Source: Nitrospirota bacterium
GTDB taxonomy: Bacteria; Nitrospirota; UBA9217
DNA: 64,000 nt
Direction of reading: 5' to 3'
Assembly (NCBI GenBank): GCA_963754875.1
Contig: CAVWHO010000008.1
Location: forward strand, 64,001 to 128,000
A program made the position numbers and the translations under genes. The stretch's first letter is position 1. Each line of letters begins with the position of its first letter. This document shows, piece by piece, positions 29,388-39,999 of the stretch. The notes beneath the pieces are model-generated. The model was given only the letters and a program-made list of their open reading frames with translations, had not been told where the DNA came from and did not search any database.

Positions 29388-31116
29388 ATGCCAAAGGAAA
29401 TGAACGGAGCGGAAATCATGGTGAAGAGCCTTGAAGACCTGGGAGTGACCAGGATCTTCGGATATACGGGAGCGACGATCCTCCCGGTTTACCATGCACT
29501 TGGGCCAGAGCCCCATCGCAATCAACATCAATGCGAACGAACAATCCTGCGCCTTCAGCGCTGCAGCTTACTCACGGTCAAGCAGCGCCGTGGGTGTGGC
29601 CGTGGTCACGTCGGGTCCGGCCATTACGAATACGCTTACGGCCGTGGCGGATTCCTTTGCCGACTCGGTGCCATTGCTCGTGTTTGCGGGCCAGGTCCAG
29701 CAGAGCCGGCTCGATACCGACGAGTTCCAGCACATCAACGTCAAGGAAGTTTTTGCCAAGGCGGCGAAAAAAGTTATCCTCGTCACGGACAGCACCGATA
29801 TCGAGGAGACGGTCAAGGACGCCTACTTTTATGCCAAAGCCGGCAAACCCGGGCCGGTGGTCATCGATTTCCCCCTCGATGCCCAGAGAAAAAAGGGAGT
29901 TTACCAAGGGACCGCTGTTGAACGCTACCGGCATAAGTACGACCAGGAGACTCACCTCGGCAAGAACCAGTGCAAACAGTTCTTCGACCTTCTGCAAAAA
30001 TCAAAGCGCCCCCTGCTGTACATCGGCGGCGGCCTCAACTCCCGCGCTGCCAGCGACAGGATACGGGAATTCAACGGGATGTTCAATATCCCGCTGATCA
30101 ACAGCCTCATGGGCAAAGGCATCCTCGATGAGTCGCTGGACACCTCCCTCGGCATGCTCGGCATGTTCGGCACACCCTACGCGAACATGGCCATCCAGGA
30201 GACGGACCTGTTCGTGGCCTTCGGCGTCCGGTGGAACGACCGGGTGGTCCAGAAAGTCGGAGAGTCGGGCCTGAACGCAGAGATCGCGTATATCGATATC
30301 AATGCGGAAAAAGTGCAGGAGGTCAGGGTCACCCGCTATCCCAAGTTCTCCTTTATCGGTGACGCAAGCATTGTTCTCGAGGACCTCGTGGAGTATGCCA
30401 AGGAAAAGTCAATCACGCTCAACATCGGCGAATGGCAGAAACGGGCGGCCTCGCTGAAGCGACGTTTCCCGCTCAATTACAACCATACGGCAAAAGAGAT
30501 CCAGGCTGCCGAGGTCATGGACCTCCTGTCGCGCTACATTACCAAAGATACCAAAATCACTACGGGGGTAGGCAACCACCAGATGCTCGCCGCCCAGTAT
30601 CTCAAAACTGCGCAGCCGAAGTCTTTCATTACCTCGGGCGCATTCGGCACCATGGGCTTTTCTCTGCCCAGCTCGATCGGCGTGCATTATGCCAATCCCC
30701 ATGCACAGGTGATCGCCATTGACGGCGACGGCAGCATCAAGATGAACATGGGGGAGATCCATACCATCGGCTCGCTCGGCCTGCCCATCAAGGTGCTCAT
30801 GCTGAACAACCACGCAGACGGCATGGTGAGGTCCATCCAGGCGGTTTTTTACAATCGGCAGTTCACCGGTTCCGAACGTAACTTTGACGCGAACTTTTCC
30901 CATATCGCACAGGAGTGCGGCTTTACGTGGTGCCGCAAGGTCCGCTCACGGGAAGAGCTGGAGCCCGCACTCAAAGAGTTTCTTGCGGCACAAGGCCCCT
31001 GCTTCCTCGAAGTCGTGACCGACCGAGAGGAAGCGGTGTATCCCGTGATCCCCCAGGGCAAGGGGTACAAGGACATGGTCCTTGGCCCCTACATCAAAGA
31101 AGTTGCGGACGCGTAG
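29388..31116 (+). CDS. Thiamine-diphosphate enzyme, acetolactate synthase large-subunit family (frameshift near 29502)
   Basis: MNGAEIMVKSL..IFGYTG, NEQ, VTSGPAITN, PGPVVIDFP, GVGNHQM, GAFGTMGF, IDGDGS...LNN; one extra G joins the frames. Confidence 0.88.
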
Positions 31117-31158
31117 CAACAGCGCGCACGAGGCACGGTCTTCAGCTTTTTTTAATGA

Positions 31159-31213
31159 ACCACCGCACGAACAATCATACATTTCCGTTTCTATCCGTGT
31201 TCATCCGTGGTAA
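31159..31213. repeat. Decamer tandem element
   Basis: TCCGTTTCTA TCCGTGTTCA TCCGTGGTAA, with a degenerate complementary left arm ACCACCGCACGAACA. Confidence 0.6.
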
Positions 31214-31250
31214 TATATTTTTATAAAACGTGATTTCTTGCGAGGAGGAA

Positions 31251-31670
31251 GTGTTGGAGAAGACTTTTGCCATCATCAAACCAGACGCAGTCAGCAGAAA
31301 TATCTCCGGGAAGATACTTTCCAAGATCGAGGAGAATGGGTTCACGATTGTCGCCATGAAGAAACTCTGGCTCACTAAAAAGGAAGCCGAGGGCTTCTAC
31401 GCCGTACACAAAGGAAAGCCATTCTTTGAAAGTCTGACGTCCTATATGTCTTCGGCTCCCTGCGTTGCCATGGTGCTCGGAAAGAAAGACGCCATTGCGG
31501 CGTGGCGCAAACTCATGGGGGCCACGAACCCTGCGAACGCGGATCCGGGCACGGTCCGCAAAGAATTTGCCGTCGATCTCGAAAAGAACAGCGTCCATGG
31601 ATCCGACGCGCCTGAGACAGCGGCGTTCGAGATCAAATATTTCTTCAGCGAGATGGAGTTTACCGCCTGA
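31251..31670 (+). CDS. ndk: Nucleoside diphosphate kinase
   Basis: [41 protein letters not shown] before GTG. Confidence 0.98.
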   Translation: MLEKTFAIIKPDAVSRNISGKILSKIEENGFTIVAMKKLWLTKKEAEGFYAVHKGKPFFESLTSYMSSAPCVAMVLGKKDAIAAWRKLMGATNPANADPGTVRKEFAVDLEKNSVHGSDAPETAAFEIKYFFSEMEFTA

Positions 31671-31717
31671 CTGTCGCGCAAGAAAAACCGAGTGACGTTT
31701 TCTCCTGAGCAAATATG

Positions 31718-31762
31718 CGCCCCGTTGGATATTTCCGCTGTTCTAACGGGGTGTCATTTTTC
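31718..31762 (+). terminator. Probable intrinsic terminator after ndk
   Basis: GCCCCGTTGGA ... TCTAACGGGGT stem followed by CATTTTT. Confidence 0.5.
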
Positions 31763-31853
31763 AACGTACCGGTTGGGGCGTCAGATCGTCAGCGCACCAA
31801 CCTCATTTCCCGCGATGAAAAAACGGTGAGATTAACGAGTAGGTGAAACTGCG

Positions 31854-32336
31854 ATGGAAGGGAAACGGATACAGGACACCAGCGTCGTCATCGCCCAGAT
31901 GATGATCCCCCAGGATGCGAACCCTGCCGGCAACATCCACGGCGGTGTCATCATGAAACTGATTGACACGGCCGCATCCGTGGTTGCCGCCCGACATGCA
32001 CGCTCTAACGTGGTTACGGCCTCAATCGACCGACTGGACTTTCACACTCCCGCCTTTATCGGGGACCTCCTTTTTTTTCGTGCAAGCCTTAACCTCGTCG
32101 GCAAGACCTCCATGGAGGTCGGCGTAAGGGTGGACGCGGAGAACCTCCGTACCGGAGAGGTCCGGCGCACAAGTTCAGCCTATCTGACCTACGTGGCACT
32201 CGATGAAAAAGGACGTCCCCGCGAAGTACCTCCGCTCATCCTTGAGACTGAGGAAGAAATGCGGAGGAACAGCGAGGCAAAGTCACGAAGGGACATGCGG
32301 CTCGCCGAACGAAGGCGGGAGAGCAAGGCGAAATAA
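31854..32336 (+). CDS. Acyl-CoA thioesterase (hotdog fold, YciA-like)
   Basis: DANPAGNIHGG, VVTASID, GKTSMEVGV, YVALDE.GRP. Confidence 0.93.
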   Translation: MEGKRIQDTSVVIAQMMIPQDANPAGNIHGGVIMKLIDTAASVVAARHARSNVVTASIDRLDFHTPAFIGDLLFFRASLNLVGKTSMEVGVRVDAENLRTGEVRRTSSAYLTYVALDEKGRPREVPPLILETEEEMRRNSEAKSRRDMRLAERRRESKAK

Positions 32337-32385
32337 GACAGCCGTCACGTCCTCGGCAGATCGCGCAGGATGCAAGGAGGAAACG

Positions 32386-32775
32386 ATGGAAGAACCGGCC
32401 AGAAAACAACGAAAAAAATTCGCCGTTCAATTATCATCCGGAGCAAATGACGTGGGAAAGATCAAATCCGCAATCATGTTCGCGACCATAGCCCAGTGTT
32501 CCGGCTGCGATGCAGTCGTCTACTGCGTCCAGGACGGGGCTGATGCGGTCACCAAAGGGAAGATCAGGGAAGAAGGCGTCGTGCCCCCGGGTGTTCCGAC
32601 CTTTGAACAGCGTCTCGCCGACGCACTTGCTGTGGGGGTCAAGTTCCAGCTGTGCGAACAGGTGGCTAAAAACAGGAACCTTTCGAAAGAAGACCTGATC
32701 GAAGGCACCCAGATCCTCGGCGGGATACACCTGATTACCTATGCCCTGGAGTACGACGGTATGCTCTTTTTTTAA
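32386..32775 (+). CDS. DsrE/DsrF-like family protein
   Basis: QDGADAV, GVKFQLCEQ, EDLIEG motif pattern; AAGGAGG RBS. Confidence 0.8.
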   Translation: MEEPARKQRKKFAVQLSSGANDVGKIKSAIMFATIAQCSGCDAVVYCVQDGADAVTKGKIREEGVVPPGVPTFEQRLADALAVGVKFQLCEQVAKNRNLSKEDLIEGTQILGGIHLITYALEYDGMLFF

Positions 32776-33132
32776 CGGCTTTCTTCGCACAAGACGAATT
32801 TCCCAGGATGACGGCGATCGTTTCTTAGCAAAACTTCTTCATTGTATAGACTCCCGGCAAAAGCAAGAGAAGTGCTGGACATCCTTTCTGCGCCATCCTC
32901 CCGCCGATCCACTCCTTTCATCCGGCTCCTGTTTTGCACGAGTACCGATAAACGTCACACAGAGTGAAGGATGAATGCATGTGACAAAACAGGTCCTTCA
33001 TCGTTTTCCATTTTTCGGGTGAGAACGTTGCCTGTTCCCGTGAAGAATGACGACTCGGCTGCTTTTTGACTGCTATAATTAAATCGATGTCGTAATGTTC
33101 TCCCAGCCTGATACCAAGAGGAGTCGTTCGCC

Positions 33133-34437
33133 ATGCTGACGAAACAATTACACCACGATTTGCCGTTGATCCAGGAAGCAGACTTGCAAGGGAAAATAGT
33201 TCTCGTCCGTTTCGACCACAATGTTGTAAAGGGCGGGGTCATACGGGACCCCTATCGCATCGACCGAACCATCGGGACGCTCTTCCACATCGTTGAGCGT
33301 GGCGGAAGGCCGATCATGATGACCCATGTGGGCAGGCCGAAAGACAAGAAGACCGGAACGATCACCTGCAGACCGGAAGAGTCCGTTGAACCGGTAGTGC
33401 GCTATCTCGAGCAGAAGCTGCATACGAAGCTGTATATCCCGGAATTCCCCCCGGACCCCGTTCGCGGCATCGTCGGGATCGACACGTCCATTAACCTTGC
33501 GATTCGGGATCTGCGGGAACGGAAGATCGGAGGGATTTATCTTCCGAACACACGGTGGTTCCAGGGCGAGGAGCCCGAGGGGGAGGTCCGCGAGCGCTTC
33601 GCGCTCCAACTCGCCGGTCTTGCAGACATCTATGTGAATGACGCCTTCGGGTCGTGGCAACCCCATGCTTCCACGTACAATATCACAAAGCACCTTCCTT
33701 CCTATGCGGGTTTCCTGCTTCAGCAGGAGATCAGAAACCTCGAAGGCGTCATGAACCCGGAACGGCCCTTCCTGGCCGTTGTCGCCGGCGCGAAATATGA
33801 CACCAAAATCAGGCCCCTCAATGCCCTTTATGACAAGGTGGACCGCCTCGTCCTCGGCGGCGTCATTTACAATACCTACCTCTGCGCCAAGTATGGCGTG
33901 CGGATCAAAGGGGTGAGCGAAGAGGACCGCAGACTCGCGCAAGAGCTTGTAGAAAAGGACCGGACCGCGAAAAAGATCGTCGAGCTTCCGCTGGTTGTCG
34001 AATCAGACGTTTTGGAACAAAAAATCGAAGGGAAATATCGGACCATCTCCATTAAAGACTTTAAGCCCGGCGGATCTCACGCGTTTATCACGGACATTGA
34101 TCCCCGGTCCTTCGAGGAAAAGACCGTTTCCGGAGCCATCGCTTCGGCAAAGACCATCTTCGTCAATGCCGTTATGGGTTTCACCCCGCACTTTACGGCC
34201 GGTTCCCAAGCGCTCGATAACACCATAGACCTTAACCGGGACGCAATGAAAATGTACGGCGGCGGCGACACACTCCAGGAGTTCAAGAACCTTCTGCCGG
34301 GTCTCTACCTTTCCGTCATGGATGATGCAAGCTACTATTTCTTCACCGGTGGAGGGACGGTACTTACGGCGATCGAACACGGCAGCCCCTATAGTCTCAA
34401 GCCCGTCCAGGCATTGATGGACGCCAAAAAAAAATAA
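33133..34437 (+). CDS. pgk: Phosphoglycerate kinase, divergent
   Basis: LVRFDHNV, THVGRP, LPNTRW, YVNDAFG, AGFLL..E, GAKYDTKI, GGGDT, TGGG. Confidence 0.85.
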   Translation: MLTKQLHHDLPLIQEADLQGKIVLVRFDHNVVKGGVIRDPYRIDRTIGTLFHIVERGGRPIMMTHVGRPKDKKTGTITCRPEESVEPVVRYLEQKLHTKLYIPEFPPDPVRGIVGIDTSINLAIRDLRERKIGGIYLPNTRWFQGEEPEGEVRERFALQLAGLADIYVNDAFGSWQPHASTYNITKHLPSYAGFLLQQEIRNLEGVMNPERPFLAVVAGAKYDTKIRPLNALYDKVDRLVLGGVIYNTYLCAKYGVRIKGVSEEDRRLAQELVEKDRTAKKIVELPLVVESDVLEQKIEGKYRTISIKDFKPGGSHAFITDIDPRSFEEKTVSGAIASAKTIFVNAVMGFTPHFTAGSQALDNTIDLNRDAMKMYGGGDTLQEFKNLLPGLYLSVMDDASYYFFTGGGTVLTAIEHGSPYSLKPVQALMDAKKK

Positions 34438-34637
34438 ATGTGTTGCGACAGAGTTACTGAAATCTATGATTAAAGACCGTCTGCCATTGTTCCTTGCTTT
34501 ACCTCCTTTCTCACCTTCCCCTTTTTCTGCTACTGAAGGTGTAGTACTTTTACGTGGTTTCCTTGACGCGGGATTAACCTCGTTGATACAATAAGAACAC
34601 GCTGTTAGGGCCGGTATTATGAAAGAGGGAGGTAGCA

Positions 34638-35564
34638 GTGATCTATACGATAACGCTTAATCCAGCATTGGACAGGACCCTCTGGGTCGAAAAGATAAGG
34701 CCCGATGATTCCAACAGGATAAAAAAAGAGGAGAGGTTCGCGGGAGGCAAAGGGATCGATGTATCAAGGGTATTGACCAAGCTCGGCGTCGGCAGCACAG
34801 CGCTTGGATTTGTCGGCGGGTTTACCGGTGAAGAGCTGGAGGGAAGACTGCTCAATGAAGGGATCAGCTGTGATTTTATCCGGATCTCGGGCGAGACCCG
34901 AACAAACATCATCATGAACGACATGAGCAACGGAGGCCAGTCCGTGTTCGGCGCAAGCGGACCGGTTATCGAACCCTATGAACTGATGCGCCTCATTCAC
35001 AAGGCTGAAGGGATTGAACATCCGGAAATAGTGATCATCAGCGGGAGTATTCCTCCCGGCGTTCATCCCAAGATCTACCGCAAGCTCATCGAAATAGCAA
35101 AAAACCGAAACGCAAAAGTGATTCTTGATGCCGACGGCGAGGCCCTTGCCGAGGGCACACAGGGTTTGCCCGATATGATAAAACCCAATATCCATGAACT
35201 GAGCCGGCTCGTGGGCGCGGAGTTGAGAGAGTTGGACGACATTGTCAACGCGGCCAGGAGCATTCAGAATAAAGGCATCATCACCGTCCTCGTCTCCATG
35301 GGAGCACAGGGGCTCCTCCTCGTTGGAGAAAAAGAAAATTACCATGCATTTCATCCCGAGGTGGAAGTGAAGAATACCATCGGAGCCGGCGATTCGGCAA
35401 TTGCCGGTTTTGTCTACGGATTGATTGAAGGAAAAGGCCTTAAAGAAGCACTTGCATACGCGGTGGCTGCGGGAACCGCCACGACTTTGATGCCGGGGAC
35501 AGCACTTTGCTGTAAGGAAGATTTTCTGAGACTGGTTCCTGCAGTGCGGATACGCGACCTTTGA
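34638..35564 (+). CDS. 1-phosphofructokinase-family hexose kinase (PfkB)
   Basis: IYTITLNPALD, GGKGIDVS, ETRTNI, IKPNIHEL, VSMGAQG, NTIGAGDS. Confidence 0.93.
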   Translation: MIYTITLNPALDRTLWVEKIRPDDSNRIKKEERFAGGKGIDVSRVLTKLGVGSTALGFVGGFTGEELEGRLLNEGISCDFIRISGETRTNIIMNDMSNGGQSVFGASGPVIEPYELMRLIHKAEGIEHPEIVIISGSIPPGVHPKIYRKLIEIAKNRNAKVILDADGEALAEGTQGLPDMIKPNIHELSRLVGAELRELDDIVNAARSIQNKGIITVLVSMGAQGLLLVGEKENYHAFHPEVEVKNTIGAGDSAIAGFVYGLIEGKGLKEALAYAVAAGTATTLMPGTALCCKEDFLRLVPAVRIRDL

Positions 35565-36269
35565 ATGAAAGAGGCCTGACCGCACATAAAATAGAATCCA
35601 AAGATTAGAGTTCACTTTTTCCTGCAACAGACGAAATTCCCGATTCAACAAACCTCATCCCTGCAAACCAAGCAGCAAAGACAGGTCGCTCCCCCGTTCA
35701 TCATGCGTGATTGAACTGGCTGCGGTTCTACTTTCCCGAACGCATGTTTGATTCGGTACAGAAGGAGTGAGGCGCATTCCGGGAGAGTCGACGAGACTTG
35801 CGAAGCTTTTGTGCCAGAGAGTAGCAATTCGTGGCAAATCACTAGCGCCCTAAGAGAAGGATGTTATTATTGATTCCGGGGTTTTTAAAGATTCATGAAG
35901 AAGGCCGGAAAATACTGACATTTACCATATTCTCGTGAGCCACGAGCATAAAAGAGCAAAACTTCATGAACCTGAAAGCAGATCCGCATTTTTGACAATC
36001 ACTCTAAATCATTACGCGTCAGGAAAAATCGTCTCAGTTCGCTCGTGCTATAATGTAAACAAGAACAGAATTTACGATACATCAGGAATGCATGTATTGC
36101 TGTTTGAACTCGAATCTGGGCCATGCATCTTCGATGAAGGAAACTTTTATTCTCGCAAGATCTCGGCAAGAACAGAAGAGAGGATTTGATCACCGGTTTC
36201 CGCCGGTGTTTTTATAGATAGGGGGGTAGCTACTCGTATTAACGCTGAACAAAGAAAGAGGTGATAATC

Positions 36270-36551
36270 ATGACAGAAGAATTGAAAAAAAACAAAAGCA
36301 GCATCTTTATCCCATTCCTCGTTGGGGGTGTTGTGGGGGCAGGAGTGGCGCTCCTACTGGCTCCAAAAGCGGGAAAAGAAGTCAGGGATGATATCAAGCG
36401 GTTCGCATCAAATGCGCAAGACAGGGTCACTCATGCTATTGACGAGGGAAAGGAGCTCTACAACGAAGGAAAGTCCGTAATTTCAAATGCTATCGAAGCA
36501 GGCAAAACCACTTATGCACAGGAAAAAGAAAAATGGCAGCGTGCGGCGTAA
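36270..36551 (+). CDS. YtxH-domain protein
   Basis: FLVGGVVGAGVALLLAPKAGKEVR signature. Confidence 0.92.
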   Translation: MTEELKKNKSSIFIPFLVGGVVGAGVALLLAPKAGKEVRDDIKRFASNAQDRVTHAIDEGKELYNEGKSVISNAIEAGKTTYAQEKEKWQRAA

Positions 36552-36934
36552 GGTACATCTCAAATGAATAGCTTCCGTGTATCGCGAGGTTAGCTTCCCC
36601 CCAAGTTACGAAGCCGTTAAACAAGCGGTTGACGAAGAAAAAGGCATGCAGCGGATAACGCTCATGCCTCTTCTTTTTTTGGGCTATGCTCCGCACGAAT
36701 ACTTTAGTATGGCCTTCTTAATCCCGGCAGGTATGTCGCGATTAGTCAACCAGAATTTCACACCAGTCATCGTGGTACAGGCATTTTCGGCAATTTCCCA
36801 ATCGCTTCTTTTCATAAGGTTCTTTCAATATACGGACGCATAATCGACCTGATGCAGTTAGTCGGCACACTTACATAAAAAGCATAAACAAAATGAAAAG
36901 CTGTTTTATTTCCTGATACTTTTTTCATCCTTCT

Positions 36935-36962
36935 TTGACCTATTACAACTTTGTGGTAATAT
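36935..36962 (+). promoter_or_regulatory. copA promoter with overlapping dyad (candidate metalloregulator operator)
   Basis: TTGACC, then TATTACAAC-TTT-GTGGTAATA inverted repeat; extended -10 TGgTAATAT ends 7 nt before ATG. Confidence 0.55.
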
Positions 36963-36969
36963 ACGATTC

Positions 36970-39405
36970 ATGGACACCAAGAAAGCTGTTATCCCGGTCA
37001 AAGGCATGACCTGTGTGAACTGTGCTGCAGCCATCCAAAAAGACATTTCAAAACTTACCGGCGTCAGGAGCGCGAACGTCAATTACGCAAACGAGAAGGC
37101 AGTTGTCGAGTTCGATCCTTCCGCCGTGGGCCTGGAAAAATTTATTTCGAGCATCAACGAGCTCGGGTATCAGGCAGTAACGGAAACCGTAACGATCCCG
37201 ATCATTGATCTCGACGTTTCCCGGGTCCAGGAGCTGGAACGAATCCTGTCTTCGATCGACGGCGTACTCAAGGGTCTCGTCAACGCGACGGCCGAGACTA
37301 TCGAACTGGAATACGTCCCCGGTGAGATAGGAATGCGTGATGTCCGCAGGACAATCGAAAAGGCGGGTTTTCGGCTTCCCCAGCAGGTGGAAGGACGTTC
37401 TGCGCTCGAAATCGAGAAAGAGGCCCGCGAAAGGGAACTCTCTGAGCTCCGCACCAAGCTCATTACGAGTGCAGTCCTCTCGGCGCTCGTCATGATCGGG
37501 AGTTTCCAGGACATGCTTCCCATACCCGCTATCATTCCCAACCGGACCATGTGGTACATCCTGTTCCTCCTGGCAACGCCGGTCCAGTTTTGGGCGGGCC
37601 GCCACTTTTATCAAAACGCCTGGGCATCGATCAAACATGGCAGTACGAACATGAATACCCTCGTGGTCGTGGGAACCAGCGCGGCCTATGGCTACAGCGT
37701 CGTCCTCACGCTCTTCCCTGCGATACTGGGACACTATGGCAGCCATGGCGGCATGTATTATGACACGGCCACTATGATCATCACCCTCATTTTGTTCGGG
37801 AAGTATCTCGAAGCACGCGCCAAGACCCGCGCCGGTGAGGCCATAAAAAAATTGATGGGGCTCCAACCGCGCACGGCACGCGTCGTCCGCGAAGGCAATG
37901 AGCTCGATATCCCCATCGAGGAAGTGGAATCGGGTGATCTCATCGTGGTCCGGCCTGGAGAAAAAATCCCCGTGGACGGAGTCATCCGGAAAGGATCTTC
38001 AGCGATCGACGAATCCATGCTCACCGGAGAAAGCCTGCCGGTCGACAAGAAGACCGGCGATGCGGTCATCGGCGCGACGATCAACAAAACAGGAGCGTTC
38101 ACCTTTGAGGCCACCAAGGTCGGCAAAGACACCATGCTTTCACAGATTATCCGTATGGTCCAGGAGGCCCAGGGCTCGAAAGCGCCGATCCAACGACTTG
38201 CCGATTATATCTCAAGCATCTTCGTCCCGACCGTCATCGGCATCGGTCTGGTCACATTCCTGATCTGGTATTTCTTCGGACCTGCTGAACACAAATTTAC
38301 TTTCGCCTTGCTCAACTTCATCGCCGTGTTGATCATTGCTTGTCCCTGTGCAATGGGTCTGGCGACCCCTACGGCCATCATGGTCGGTACGGGGAAAGGC
38401 GCAGAGCATGGAATCCTTTTCAAGAACGCCGAGAGCCTGGAACGGGTCCAGAAGATCGACACCATCGTACTCGACAAAACCGGTACGCTCACGCGCGGCG
38501 AGCCGCGGGTGACCGACGTCATCCGCAACGGCATGAGCGAAAAGGACGTTCTCTTCTATGCCGGGTCATCGGAAAAAGGATCAGAGCATCCGCTCGGCGA
38601 AGCGATCGTCACGGCCGCGCTGGAGCAGGACATCAGCCTCGATCAGGCTGACGAGTTTGCAGCCCTGCCCGGCCACGGGATCCGGGCGATGGTCAAAGGC
38701 CGGGAAATCATGCTCGGCAATGAGCGCCTGATGTCCGAAAACAAAATCGAATTCGGCGCATTGCGCGCTGAAGCTGAAAAACTTTCCCTGAACGGTAAAA
38801 CGCCCATGTTTGTCGCTGTTGACAAACAGGCGGCGGGAATCATCGCCGTTGCCGATACGGTCAAGGTGCATTCGAAAGAAGCGATTGCGAAACTTAAAGA
38901 CCTCGGGCTCGAAGTCATTATGCTGACCGGGGACAACCGCAGAACGGCGCAGGCCATTGCCGATGAGCTGGGCATCACCCGCGTCCTGGCCGAGGTCCTG
39001 CCCCAGGACAAGATGGACACGGTGAAGAGACTCCAGGCCGGGGGCATGGTGGTTGCCATGGTCGGCGACGGCATCAACGACGCACCTGCCCTCACTCAGG
39101 CAGACGTGGGCATCGCGATCGGAACGGGCACGGACGTGGCCATCGAAGCATCGGATGTCACGCTCATCAAAGACGACCTCCGCGTCGTTGCCGATGCCAT
39201 AAGGCTCTCGCGCCGAACCATGCAAACGATTAAAATGAACCTGTTCTGGGCGTTCTTCTACAATATTATCGGCATCCCGGTGGCCGCTGGCGTGCTTTAC
39301 CCGTTCTTCAAGATACTGCTGAACCCCATGTTCGCCTCGGCAGCAATGGCCTTCAGCTCGGTCAGTGTGGTATCGAATTCGCTGCGGCTGAGAAGATTTT
39401 CATGA
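36970..39405 (+). CDS. copA: Copper-exporting P1B-type ATPase
   Basis: GMTCVNC metal-binding domain (second HMA-like domain lacks CxxC), [26 protein letters not shown] and MAFSS. Confidence 0.95.
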   Translation: MDTKKAVIPVKGMTCVNCAAAIQKDISKLTGVRSANVNYANEKAVVEFDPSAVGLEKFISSINELGYQAVTETVTIPIIDLDVSRVQELERILSSIDGVLKGLVNATAETIELEYVPGEIGMRDVRRTIEKAGFRLPQQVEGRSALEIEKEARERELSELRTKLITSAVLSALVMIGSFQDMLPIPAIIPNRTMWYILFLLATPVQFWAGRHFYQNAWASIKHGSTNMNTLVVVGTSAAYGYSVVLTLFPAILGHYGSHGGMYYDTATMIITLILFGKYLEARAKTRAGEAIKKLMGLQPRTARVVREGNELDIPIEEVESGDLIVVRPGEKIPVDGVIRKGSSAIDESMLTGESLPVDKKTGDAVIGATINKTGAFTFEATKVGKDTMLSQIIRMVQEAQGSKAPIQRLADYISSIFVPTVIGIGLVTFLIWYFFGPAEHKFTFALLNFIAVLIIACPCAMGLATPTAIMVGTGKGAEHGILFKNAESLERVQKIDTIVLDKTGTLTRGEPRVTDVIRNGMSEKDVLFYAGSSEKGSEHPLGEAIVTAALEQDISLDQADEFAALPGHGIRAMVKGREIMLGNERLMSENKIEFGALRAEAEKLSLNGKTPMFVAVDKQAAGIIAVADTVKVHSKEAIAKLKDLGLEVIMLTGDNRRTAQAIADELGITRVLAEVLPQDKMDTVKRLQAGGMVVAMVGDGINDAPALTQADVGIAIGTGTDVAIEASDVTLIKDDLRVVADAIRLSRRTMQTIKMNLFWAFFYNIIGIPVAAGVLYPFFKILLNPMFASAAMAFSSVSVVSNSLRLRRFS

Positions 39406-39501
39406 GACGGGGAGCAACAGATTGTTATTTATGAATTTCAGTGAACTATGACGCAATAATTGAATTTTTCCGTGTTCCTACGTGGCTACGAAGGTCTTCC
39501 G

Positions 39502-39978
39502 ATGAAATTCATCGCCGATGCAATGCTGGGCAAACTTGCAAAGCGGATGCGCCTCCTGGGCCTGGACGTTTTGTATGACCCGGGCCTAAACGACAACGAA
39601 ATCATCCGTCTTTCTCTTGAACAAGAACGTGTTATACTTACGAGGGACACTGGCCTGGCTGCAAGGCCCCTTGCTGCAAATCATCTCTCCATCAAGAGCG
39701 AGCAGGTTGGGGAGCAACTGGACCAGATCCTTGCGACATTCCCCGCAGAACGGCTGCCCCTGTCCCGTTGTTCTGAGTGCAATGATCCCGTCATCCCGAT
39801 CGCAAAAGATGATGTACGGAATTTCGTACCAAGGTACGTATATGAAAAAAAAGAAGTTTTCTTCCAGTGCCCGAACTGCCGAAGGATTTATTGGCAGGGC
39901 ACTCATGTGAAGAGGATGGTGTTGCGGGAAAAAAAAGAGCCGTCCAAAAATACAGGGACCGGCTCTAAAAATATTTGA
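39502..39978 (+). CDS. Mut7-C RNase-domain protein (PIN-like plus Zn ribbon)
   Basis: FIADAMLGKLAKRMRLLGLD, ILTRD, RCSECN, CPNCRRIYWQGTH. Confidence 0.92.
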   Translation: MKFIADAMLGKLAKRMRLLGLDVLYDPGLNDNEIIRLSLEQERVILTRDTGLAARPLAANHLSIKSEQVGEQLDQILATFPAERLPLSRCSECNDPVIPIAKDDVRNFVPRYVYEKKEVFFQCPNCRRIYWQGTHVKRMVLREKKEPSKNTGTGSKNI

Positions 39979-39999
39979 AGACGCCTTATCTAGTCGAGA

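Noticed and set aside
35565..36260. 700-nt gap as a possible ncRNA, riboswitch or sigma54 promoter (TGGCAC on the minus strand near 35812)
   Set aside because: GG-to-GC spacing does not fit -24/-12 and I recognised no riboswitch core; an Rfam scan would be needed.
36577..36843. 88-aa ORF between the YtxH gene and copA
   Set aside because: No RBS or motif, and no CxxC that would make it CopZ or CsoR.
39502..39978. Mut7-C RNase as the toxin of a toxin-antitoxin pair
   Set aside because: No adjacent antitoxin-like ORF; stand-alone Mut7-C genes are common.
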